Assembly (NCBI GenBank): GCA_963924565.1
Contig: OZ004608.1
Coordinates: 15,376,001-15,440,000 of the forward strand
Direction of reading: 5' to 3'
From: Ascidiella aspersa
Lineage: Eukaryota
DNA: 64,000 nucleotides
Shown here piece by piece: positions 1-12,200 of this stretch. Numbering within the stretch: position 1 is the stretch's first letter; every line of letters starts with the position of its first letter. Under the pieces are notes generated by a model, which was given only the letters and a program-made list of their open reading frames with translations, was not told the origin of the DNA and made no database searches. A program made the translations under genes and the position numbers.

Positions 1-290
1 TTTAACTGTAACATAAGTTTTTATCGCGTTCGAGTACCCCGCCAAAAAACCAAAGCTAATCTACGTAGGTTATAAACTTTGTCCATAACCTGTCTGGAAT
101 AATTCTGGTGGGTACCGTTTTTCGTGCCCCGTGTGTATTTAAACCTGTATAGATTTTTGCATCTGATCGCGGTGAATGAGATGCTTTTTTGCACGTAAAA
201 ATTAATATTAACCCAAAAACAAAATAAGAGTCATATTTCAGTAAATTTTCTGCAAGATGTCTTAGCTGTCTGATAGAGCCAATGTCTTAC

Positions 291-3200
291 GTTGTTTCCG
301 ATTCCAAGCGCGTTTTCCAGTTCTTCCGAAATGCCGTGAAAGTCAATGGCCAAGAGCACAGTGTTGATAACGATGCACAGGATAATAAAGATCTCGAACA
401 CTTTGTGTTTGATTACCTTAAACAAACAAAGATAAGTAAGGCTTAGGACTACTACAAAAGTCGATTATACAAAACTTTTTAAACTAGGGTATATCCACAA
501 ACTTGTGAGTTATTTAAGTACCCGAAAAGTTACAATACTGTTCTGTAGAAGTATCTATTACTTTTTTCCAGTGAATTTTAGTTTTTTTCTTCAATGCCCT
601 TTATCTATTCAACACACACACTAGGCACATTTGTAAGAGCCTGTCGACAATCCCTTGCGTTTAATTTTTCTACAAGTTACTGAAGAAATCCGACTTTTCC
701 AGTAACACGATAGTTAACATACATTCCACCTTATAAATGAAACATAAGCTACACCAGCCTGGATTAGGCCTTTTGGTCTTGCACACAATTTTGGGTATTT
801 CGAGAACTATACCTCGTCGTCGATAATACTATTTCGTAATCCTGACCATGTGATATATTTACCAATATATATATACTCGTTTCTTCCACTTAACGTACCT
901 TTTTCAGTTTCTTTTGAAACTTTTCGAACTTTGGGTGACAAGACCAAGCGCAGAATGTTGTCATGTACCATTCCTTTAACCGTTTTAATCGACCTTCCCA
1001 TTTTCCTATCTCCTTGAGATTAGCTGAAAAAGATAGGTCAGAACAAATAAAAATACCACATAAAAAGTCCAATGGCAATGTTAACGGGCAAAACTAGCTA
1101 AAACACGTTAGTCTCAATCATTTTTTTTTCAAAACTCTAGAACTGGTTGAATAACTAATTTACCACAAAAATACTCAAATCTCAAGCCAAAAGATATTTT
1201 AACGATTTATACTTTATTCGGGTGATTTTCAAACAGGGTCGAAAAAATATTGTGTGCGACGAAAGCTTATTGTATTTTTGGAAATCATTTGTACTAAAAG
1301 TGGGCATACAGGCAAGCATGGAAATCCTAAATGTACAGTATGCATTAAACCAGGGCTGCGTGGTCGGTTAAACAACCCGATTCCGAATCCTGCTAAAAAA
1401 TAAACCCGAGTCCGACTCCTGAGTACCGAGGTCGACTCCGACAAAATGTGCGTTTTTGTCGACTCCGAATCTACAGCCTGTATTTCTTTACGTAACTTAG
1501 GTAAGGTGGATATACAGCAATCCACCCATATAATTTATCCACTCATAACACATGGTTAACAAAATTTCAACCATATAGTCTATTTCACCTTTGCAATTTA
1601 CAGATCCCGGCAATATTAGGTTCGAAATTTCGGACTCGGGACTCTAGTGGTCTTACATGGTCTTACTCGAGTCCCGAGTCAGACTCCAGTACCTTGACTA
1701 CAGTCAAGTCGAGCCAGACATGGCGATTTTAAGCCAACGAATTGAGCCATTGCAGCCCCCTGCTTCCACAAACAAACACGACAGTAGCACGGTGACTTTC
1801 ACCGAGCTTTTAGGATCACAGGATGGAGATTTCCACGCTTAGGAGTTTTATTAAAGCCATTTTTTTTACAAATTTTCACCCCGAAGTCGATTATTACAAC
1901 CTCAAAAATTTACAGTGCACTTACACGACTCGGAGCTGTCCATGGACGCCTGCTTGCCGCTGCTCGAAAACGCACTCTTCTTATTCCGCGGCTCGCCGTT
2001 CTTCTTGGCTTCGTTGCTTTCGACGCCGACCCGTTCGCCGTCGCCGTCGGCCTGATCGCCGCCAGTTGCGGGAGATGCCGCTTTCTTCCGCGCCAAAGCC
2101 ACAATCTCGCCGATCGAGGTTACCGTGGGCGGCTGCTGTCGTTCGGGCGCCACAGAGTTGAGTCGTCTGGTGTTACGCTGCTCCGCCAGCTTTTTCTTGC
2201 GAATCTGTCGTCGCTTGGCTCGCTCCTTGACCTGGGCGCGCTTCTTTTTCATCTCGGTCTGCGTCGACAAGAGATGTTTTAATTTTCTACGTAGGCAAGA
2301 AACTACTGGGAGAAAACTTGGGCCCACACGAATTCGGCTAACGCCGCTAACGGGTAAATTCATGGAATCAGGTGGCACTGTATAAAGACAAATTGTATTG
2401 AGTTATCGACAAGCTTGCGCACAACCGTGCTTCATCAGGTCAAAGTCAAAGTATCTGATACTTTGACCTGATGAAGCACGGTTGTGCGAAAGCTTGTCGA
2501 TAGCTCAACACAATTTGTCTTTATACCGTGTCACCTGATTCCTCTATTTAGAATTAGACACATACGGCGATTTACAAAGATTGGTAAATTCATGTGCGTC
2601 TTGGCGAGAAGCTGAAATACTTTAGCACATGGATAACCGATGGATGGTAGTTTTGGTGGATGGTGGTTTGATCAAGTCACCTATACCGAGGCTTGAATTG
2701 GTATTTTCAGCTACTTGTTTATCAACATTATTAAAAAAGATTTAAAATTTACGAAAATACAGTGATCGTGAGCTATTTAAATGAAAATAAAAACGTTATG
2801 CTTACAACGAATACGTTTTAGTCGTTTTCATTATACAAAAACACAGTGCTTACAATTAAGGCAACGTATCCCGTTCTATCACTACGTATGGTTTATAGTG
2901 CTATCGAACAGTTCAGAAGACACGAAAATCTAATAAGGCTAAAACTTAAGCATTGTTTTACCATTTTGTCGTTTTCCTTTACGTAAGCCAGTGTGACGAC
3001 TGCCAGAAGTAAGTTGAGCAAGTAAAAAGGTCCGAGGAATACCGACATCAAGAAGAAGAGGACGTTCCAAGGTCCTTCGGCTCTGATGATCTGCAATTTA
3101 TTAATTGTTTTACTTTTATATATAGACTGGACTCCATAGGCTAAAATTAATGGAACAGTAACATTGTAACCGTGTAACGTGGTACTGGTACACGGAATTA

Positions 3201-6200
3201 GACCGTAAAGCAATAATATCTAAAGCGAAATTGTCTTTAATACTGTAGTATTAGGACCAACGTCAAAATAAGGCCAAATAAGCGGTAATATTGACGACGA
3301 AATAAGACTTAACAAAACCTAAACCTGTCGGAATATGTCCAAACGTCATTACAATAATTAAATAGACTAAAATGTTATATAAATCTAAAGGGCTTCACAA
3401 CAAAAACTGTTGGGGAAAGGGTGTGGGTGATCGGGGGCCCCCAGCCTGGCAGCGGGCGTTTTGGTATCGACATTTGGGAGCCCCACATAGTTTAAGCGGA
3501 ATCGTTTGGTGTTTTTTGGTGTGTGGGAGGAATCGGATAAAGGAAGAGTTTAGAATTTGAGTCTGGGTTAGTATTATTAAGGGGTTTGGTGGCAAAGTTG
3601 GGGATGAGGGTTAGGGAGAAGGTTCTTCAGATCTGTTTTCGACGGGTAAAGAGTTACTCCGATTTAGAGGTCAGTTTATATAGGTATTGGTTTTATACTG
3701 GTGTTGATCCGACCTTGATGTTACTCAAATTTTGGTTTTATCCGTGTATAACAAATATAGTAAAACTCTGTTTTGAACTGTATCTTTAAAAAACGGAAGT
3801 TCTTCATCACATTCTTTATTATGGGAAAATATATGCTATTGTGTCGAACGATCAAACCATGTTGATGTCGCCAGTTAAACTATATGACAGCACATTAATC
3901 ATCTGTTCGTTACAAAGCCAGCGAGATGAATCAACTTTTAGAAACATATTCGGTTTCTACAGGCGTGAAAAGCCGATGGCCATCTACGCTTTGTTGTGAC
4001 AGGGAGTGAACGCATTCAGACAAGTACCTTTTCATTCAAAAGTAACCTATGTTGGGGGAAACTGCCGACTGGAGGCAGAAACAGCGGTATTTGATTTCGA
4101 CGCTATTGTTTCACATGGCATTTCTGGCGTACGAAAAACGAAAATTAGTTTAGAAATCGGTTGAAGCTTCCACCCCTACGCCTACAACAGGTTTATAAAC
4201 GTAGCAAACAGGACAAGGTTAAACCATAGGCAAAACACAAAGTTGCATTTTCTGTCTTTGCCAAATGCCCCCGCTGCGCCGCGAATATGTTTTGTCCCAC
4301 AGCAAGATGTAAAAACTCTAGCTTTCGAGCGTGTTATCGAATGGAACAATGAATACACGACTGTCATCTCGCAAATCGTTCTTTGTTCGGCGGTTTTCCT
4401 AAAATTACAGACATACCTATACAAATTTTACAAATGATCTTAGGAACCGTTCACACGGCAGACATAAAAAGTAGCACTTCATACCTGCAGATTTGTTATT
4501 ACTTTGATGCACGAAATGACTCGTTAAGTATTTTAAAATTAAGGATGTATGATTGATTACAAAACGTGTCTAGTATTTATGATAAATTGCGCAATATGAC
4601 TCCATCAGCAAAGCAGTTGTTTCGTACCATTTAGTTTAGTTTCTGAGTATTTCCTAAAGGACGCATATTTTATCCTTATATTTTGAAAACGAGCCACATT
4701 ATGACAACTTTAAATTTATTGTAATTGTTCGTATAAAATACCGATGCTTTGAGACGCTTATCTTCGGTAGCCCTAGTTACTGACGTCAACTATTGTTATA
4801 CAGATTAATTAGACGATAGTACATTGAACTAAATAGTTGACTACGGAAAATTCAATCTACTATACAATGTGTGCCGTGTTTGTTGGTCAGTACGACTCCA
4901 GAAGGGCTTGATCACAGCATACACTGTGCATATGAACGTTTCAGTAACATTGAATCAACAAACAGTTTACACAATCCCTTTAACACCTATTTGGCATTGA
5001 ATGAACATTGGACATCGATCACCGTGGTTAGTATAACAATACGACAGCAACGCTTTGTAATCCAGTCACTCACCATGTTGTAAACGTTTTCCCAGAAGTC
5101 GAGTGTGAGAAGTTGGAGCGAGGTAAGAAGAGCGTAGCCCATGTGATCGAAGTTGGTGTGGCCGTAGTTGGGGTTGGGGCCGACATCAGGCAAGCATATG
5201 TAACCGGCCGGACAGATTCTGGACAAAGCAATTTTGGCAATTTTCGGGCATGTCATTTAAATGCTAATAGTCTCCATTTATTGTCATGTTTTGCGTTTAT
5301 GTGTCTATACGCTCTAAACGGTACTTTGGTTTTCGTTGGACCAAAATAATTGTCCTCACTAAGCTTTACTGGTTTGTTGCATCCTGGCCTACTGGTATGT
5401 TTAAAAATAGATACTAGTTTAACTAAAGTATAATTATTTGGGTTCGGGTCAATAACGTCGGACTGTGGTTATTAAATGTTGATTTATTTTAATAAAAAAA
5501 CAAAATGGATTCAGCCTGACGGGAGTATAAGGGTATTGCACATATTAACGCCCAATTACACAAAATTCATTAGGTCTTGTTATATTTCTATTACCAAGGT
5601 TGGATATTACGGTGAAACTGGCAAAGCGAAGTATTCAAATAACGAAATTACAACAAAAAGGCTCTTGACAGCGGGGAGTACGAACGGGAGGTTTAACGAT
5701 GTGCCAACTAACCGGACCGACAGGTTCTTCATTTAGAATGCCTGTGCCTCATCTGCTTTGTTATCGTACAAGCGTTCCCACCGAACGCCATTGTCTTGCC
5801 GAACAAAGCTTGTCGGATATCGGGCGCACCGGATTTTATTTCATGAACTAAAAGTTGCGCTACTGGAGATGATTAAACGCCGGTCTATGACTAAAAATGT
5901 TCGAGAGGCGGAGTTTTCCCGAAGGTGTACAACGACAAATAGATTTTGCGTACCCGCTTCCGGTTGCGTTGCCACAAACAACTTGCTCGCCCTCCACAGG
6001 ATTCCAATTCACTTGAAAAATAAATGAGAAACATCACAGTGCTGTACATTCAACGAATTTCCATCCTTAACGTAGGAATACTGTTTAGTGTATATATATA
6101 AAGGACATATGTTGACAAATAAAGGCATAACGCCGGGCGAAAAGGCTCTCATCATGTTCCCGTTTACTGTTAACGCAAAACAGCCAGGACGGATACCACG

Positions 6201-9200
6201 GTATGAATTATACAAGAGGCTAGAGCGTGAACCCCGGTTAAAAATGACCTTTTAAAAAAGCAAAATTCAAGCCACATCTATCTTTTTTCGGGTAAGTGTC
6301 GGATTATGACTCAAAGCGCAAGGCGTTTGCCCTTGCCGATCAGGCACGTTGCCTGCCCTGAAAGCGCTGACTGGTCCAGTCAAAACTCGAACAAATAGCG
6401 ACCAGCCGCCAGTAACCGAGACGGGTATGAATAATTAAAGCAAAATTAATGAAGAAGTTTCCAAGCGCTGTTGGCTTTTTATTAGACGGCGCGCGGTGAA
6501 GGTCTAGGCAAAATAAAAAGGTGCATAATTTGCCGTCGCCGTCCGTTCAAGCATTGTTTTATTTTTTCATTTTAATTATGCAACTTGCAGTTGCGAAAGA
6601 GGCCTAATAACTGTGCGTACTTGGGTTGTGTGTGTAGTTGAAGTATGCGGCGTCGGACATGTTGGCCGGGTAGACAACACAGCGCCGCTGCAGCACCCCC
6701 TGGTATGCCTGAAGAGCGATGAGGGCCACCACGAATAGGAGAAAGAGCATAATCAACAGGACCTCGGCGAGCGGCTTCATGGAGTATAAGAGCGCGTTCA
6801 CGATGGTCCGCAAGCCTGTAACATTCGCGATTGGTTAGCGCTCGGCCGTTCGCGCACGTCAATCACACAACAACGTGGCCATATCCTACCCTCAAACTGT
6901 GTTTTTTGCCTATTTTAATTATTTAAATGCAAAATTTCTAATAGTTTCTAGGATTCTTACCATATTAAAAAAAATGTTTTAGCCCAAAAGCGTCGTGCGT
7001 CCCATCGCCCCCTCGAAAATAGAAGTCTAGGCAACTTAAACGGTATAAGGGCGTTTTGCCCTATACGCGAATCTATAACCTCCTATAGCAGTGGTTCTTA
7101 ACCTTTTTTGTTCTCGCGACCCCTTTTAAGTTTTCGATAACTTTCGCGACCCCCTAATTATGGTGTATGATAAAACCTGAGTAAATAAAAAACACATTTT
7201 AAAATTGGGAAAATTCGAATACGAAAAAATATAGACTAGGATTGTATCAAAATTTGGCTAAAATGTGCTATGCACATTGCACAACAAGCTAAAGTTACGG
7301 TTTGAGCCAGCAGGGTTGTCAGATGATCGGTTAAATATTAGGACACTGTTGGTGTGAAATTCAGATATTTTAGGTCAAATAATATTAAGCATGTACCTAG
7401 TGCAAGACTAAAGAGAATCAATGGAGGTAACAGTTCTTGGTGAGCAGCCAAAATTCCTTACAAATTTACAAAAAAAACGGTTAGTCGTTAACGGTAGTCC
7501 AATAATAAAGCTTTCTGTAAATACTATTTCCTTTTGCTAAAACGGCAACACCAAAATGTTATTACCGGAATTCTGTTGATGTTTTAGAAAAGGCTATGTA
7601 AAAGTTATGATACCGCTGGCAAGTAGAAATACTTTGCCTGTCACCTATTGTAAACCTAGCACAAATTTTATTGTAATTTGGCCTAAATTTAAATTTGGTA
7701 CCAAAGTGCCCTATACTACACCTGAAGCTTTTATGCTGCACAGAAAAATTGTCGAAATACGCCACATAATCGCGCTAAGCGAAAATTTTTTGATTTTTGT
7801 GGTAAAGTTGGTAAAAACAATTTTGGAGGCCTCTTGAGCCCGTGGATTTACTTCCCACAAAGTTTCAAATAAATTCGGCCAAATAGAACAGAAAGCTTAC
7901 TGTCCTAATAATTTAAAAACCGCCGGACGCAGCAGTTAAATTAAGACAATTTATCGTTTTGGCCCCAATTTTGTAATTGTGAAGTCATAAACGCGACAGG
8001 TTCACTGCAGCAAAAGCCACACAAAGACAAATGGTAGACTGGCGTTGCTTTTGTGCATTCTATACTGCTAAATTTTTGGTTCATATTGCTTGTTTCTTAT
8101 GAAGTTTTTCTTTATCAAACACTACACGGCGACCCCCTCAGACAACCTCGTGCGACCCTCTTGGGGGTCGCGACCCCCAGGTTGAGAACCACTGTCCTAT
8201 AGCTTTTTTTTTTTGAGGTACTATAGCTTTTGTACCTGTTCAATCTACAACTATATAACGAAAATACGAACTGTGTGGTGTTAAAAAGGTTAGTTTTCAT
8301 GAGGTCACGTGTAGATAACTTTATGACGTCACATGTTGACGTCACTTTGTAGCGTTACGTTATATCGCTTTGTGATGTCATCTCTGAAAAAAATTGTCAT
8401 GCCCCCCACCCCCAAAAAATAATGTTTCAATTAGTTACCATTTAATATTGTGGCAAAAGCTATGTTTACTTTAAAACTATTTCTTTCGTCAAACCAACTC
8501 GAACAATACTGGTCATTAATGTTTGAATTTGTTTTGGATTTAAATTGTTAAAACCATAACTGTTGAATCAATTAATATGAATTTGCAAAGAATTTTGTTA
8601 GATTTCCCACAATGAAAAGTAAAAGGTTTTTAAATAAAAATAATAATCGGGCGAAACACTTACAAAATCACATATACGTGTGGTGTAACAGCCGCTAATT
8701 TGATTGTTTTTAAGTGGGTCACTTCTGATTAAAAACGTTATTGGCGTTATACCTTTACGCGGCTAATTAGCTGCTTCACCCTTAATGGAATGGTCAGTGA
8801 AGCGAAAAATCTGCGGCTACAGGCATAAAGTTCAACCACAAATTACAAATGACCCAAACACTAATTTATTGACGCTTTAACAAGTTAAAAGCTTGATCAA
8901 TTTCTGCAAAGGAATTAAAAAGTTTCAGCATTTTATATATTGGATCACAAATGTTTTTAGACTTTTGTCAAAATAAAGATATCAGCAAAATATGATCAAA
9001 GGTAGAATCGTCAGATACCCGGTATATCGATATGTATTTAATACGTATTTGATAAGAATTGTAACAATACACATTTACCTGGAACTATGGCCACTGATTT
9101 TACCGCTCGTAGAACACGAATAGCTCTTAGACTAGATACGTCCGATGACCCAGTAATTGTTGCGTACCTGCAATATGAAGTGGTATATTAATGAATGAAT

Positions 9201-12200
9201 GAACAATTGCTAGAATTCCGGTGACATTTCCTTCAGGAATTAGGCCATCGATTATGGATTGCGAAGGGTAAAAAATGAATGGCGCAAGAACGATTCAAAT
9301 CTGCTAAAAATGTACTGATGTGTATCTTCCATTTAAGTTCGATATATTTTATCCAACGTTATTCTATACACTTAGGATGCCTTTATCAGCAATTGTAACA
9401 ACACCATGCAAATTAAAGCAAAACAAAGCACAAATAAAATGTTTTTAGTCACGTTTAACTAATTACGAAACAATATTGCAACTGAATTGCTAACTAAATA
9501 GGTCAGTACATAATGGCGGGTCCAGGGAGGTGCACCAGGCCATGGCCGCCGAAACTATATTTTTTGTCAGGTTGTGCAATGTTAAACAAAATTATTTGAA
9601 TCATTTTCTAATGCTTTTGTCTATTTCAAGAAAATACATAGAGCCTAAAGGCCACAAACTCTATCTGTTAAAAAAGAAAAAATATATATTGTACTTTCCA
9701 GCAATATCGAATCGAATGTATTTTTGTGCCTAATGCATAACGCCAATATAAGCTGTTTGCTTTTAACATTAACTAAATTCACTAAAAAGTAACAAAAAAA
9801 AAAAAAAAAAAAAACTAAAAAAAGTAACACTTTTCATATTATAGTTGACTGTATCTTGGATTGCGAAATGCTTACAATACTCAAATTTGGAATGTACTTG
9901 AAAAGTTTGGAAGAATATGTAGCATAATTTATAGAATGAAGTGTTAACGCCTTGGCAGTAATCCTTATTATGGTATTTACGTAGGTAGGACAAGGGGATT
10001 TTTCGTGGAACATCTTAGCGTTCAGGTGTCAATTCCCAATGACATAGTTTAACACAGCCGAATTTAATCAGTCAGTCAACGACAGTGTGCTTAGTCGGAA
10101 TGCACGACACGCTATATGAGTTCTGAAAGAAAACGTTTATTATAACTTGTTAGATAACTAAGAAAAATTAAACTTACGCTACGATTACAACGGCGAAATC
10201 CAGCCAGTTCCACGGGTCTCGTATATAAGTGAACTTCCCCATGATAAGGCCTCTGGCTGACACTTTGATAATCACCTCCACTGTGTAAAACGCGGTGAAG
10301 AAATATCTAAATCAAACATCGAAACACATAAATTAAAATATCCAAATTAAGTGAGAACCTAGTTTGTGCATCGATATTGTTACTATATTGTGACTAGAGC
10401 ACTTCTACGTGCAACATCGGTCAATGGGTGATAGTTGGGTCTATACGGGAGGTCTGTACATTTGTACGATTATACGCAAATTTATTACATTTTATCGAAT
10501 ATCGAAAGCACTTTTATTTACACAAACAGTAGTACAACAAAAATGTCAATACATATGTAGTATATAAAGGTTTTTTTTTAGTTTTTTAGATTTGTAAAAC
10601 TCAGTTGTTGACAAATGAAGGTCCGAGAACACCTACTCGGCATTTGTAATTTCATTGTCCAGTGCCAAAAATACGCAGTTGATGAGAATAGCAATCAACA
10701 CAACGATATCGAACAACCTGAAACAAGAAAACATTGAACGCTGTCAGCTTTTTTGCCGATTACTTCAAGTTTAAATAAACTTGTCTATACCCACGACACT
10801 TCAAACTCATGTAAATGACAAGGGGTTCCTAAGTTTAATCTACCTTAAATGTTATAACATAGATACAATAGCCTTGAATTGTCAGCTGTGTTCGATGTTG
10901 ACCTTATAGTCTTATTGTGGCCTAGCCGATACTCACGAGTGCAGGGCAATTCTTATGGCGAGGTGTCTCAGCTTGTGAAAAGGCGACAAGACAAATAAAA
11001 CGTTGGACGCGGAAAATCGGAACAAACGATCGCGGTTGAAGCGACGTGTGACGACACAGAAAGTCTGAAATGCAAAAAGTGTCAATCCAGTTAACGGGAA
11101 CAATCACACCATATCCAATGGTGTTCATTTTAGAACCTTAGCGTCAACTATGGATGCTTGGTACATCGAATTTTATTCAGTTGCAGCAGAAAAAACAACA
11201 ACACTTTTATCCAATGAAGTTTACAACCAACAAAATGTCGAGCTTTTGCCGTACCATCAAATAAACGACTTTTAACATAAATAAAATATTTATGCTAATC
11301 TTGAAAATACAACAAAATTAAAAGGTTAACGAAATACGACAATTTCTATACTTCTATGGATAAATGTTTAACATTGAAAATGGCTATACTTTACGGCAAC
11401 CGGAAAGTCAGGAGTCTAGCGGAGTCCCTAAAATAGTGAACGCGGATAAAATATTGCAAAACATTTAATTAGGAAATGCTAGGATGTGGGATTGTAGATT
11501 GTCACAATTAAGTCAAGTCATATTGTTGGTTAAACGCCTTGCCCTGCATTGCTGTAATTGTGCATTAGCTACATTCTATCATTTTAATCGACATCGAATC
11601 ATTTCAGAAACTTTTTTTTTAAATGTAAAAATATAAATGGTAATGGTAATAGGCATAAATGAGTTAACGTCGAATTTGTGAAAGTTTTGGCTGCATGCTG
11701 TAATTTCAATTTTAGGGCTACGTTGCTAATCCCTTAAACGGATTTGATAGTAGTCCCACATTCCATCTTCGAAATTCCAGGAGCATAAATTAAATCCCTA
11801 CAGTGATGAACCATATGTCAGCTCTTTTTTTTTCAGAAAACAAAGGGCATTTCCATGTCTTCTGATTTGTTTGTAGCAATTTTTTTCCCAGCGCTTTGTT
11901 CCTGTTGTACATTGTTACAATGGGCCAAGGCGCCAACGGTTGTTTGTGTAAGCAAGTCGGAGGCATGTACAAAGGCATTTCCATTGATAACATTAAGCGG
12001 GGTATTCACACCGCTGTCTGATATTGTCAGTGGAACAAGGTGACGAGCGAAATATTATCGAAACAGCGGACTACTGCATCATTAAAGAAATGACTAAAGC
12101 CATGACAAACTTATCGCGCATTTTGTTATTTCAGCATGTTGCGTAAAAAGACTTCTACCGCGAGATAATATTTTCAGGCCGCCAAAAAAAAATGCACCTA

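Noticed and set aside
1823-2385. Plus-strand Arg-rich ORFs (112 aa and 86 aa)
   Set aside because: They are antisense shadows of the GC-rich Nav linker exon plus repeat sequence.
6241-6420. GC-rich segment as an extra Nav exon
   Set aside because: The required phase hits TGA, and exon 5954-6011 already joins the flanking exons in frame.
6816-10177. Duplicated mutually exclusive IS3-S4 exon like vertebrate 5N/5A
   Set aside because: Only one copy (9079-9167) could be found by eye.
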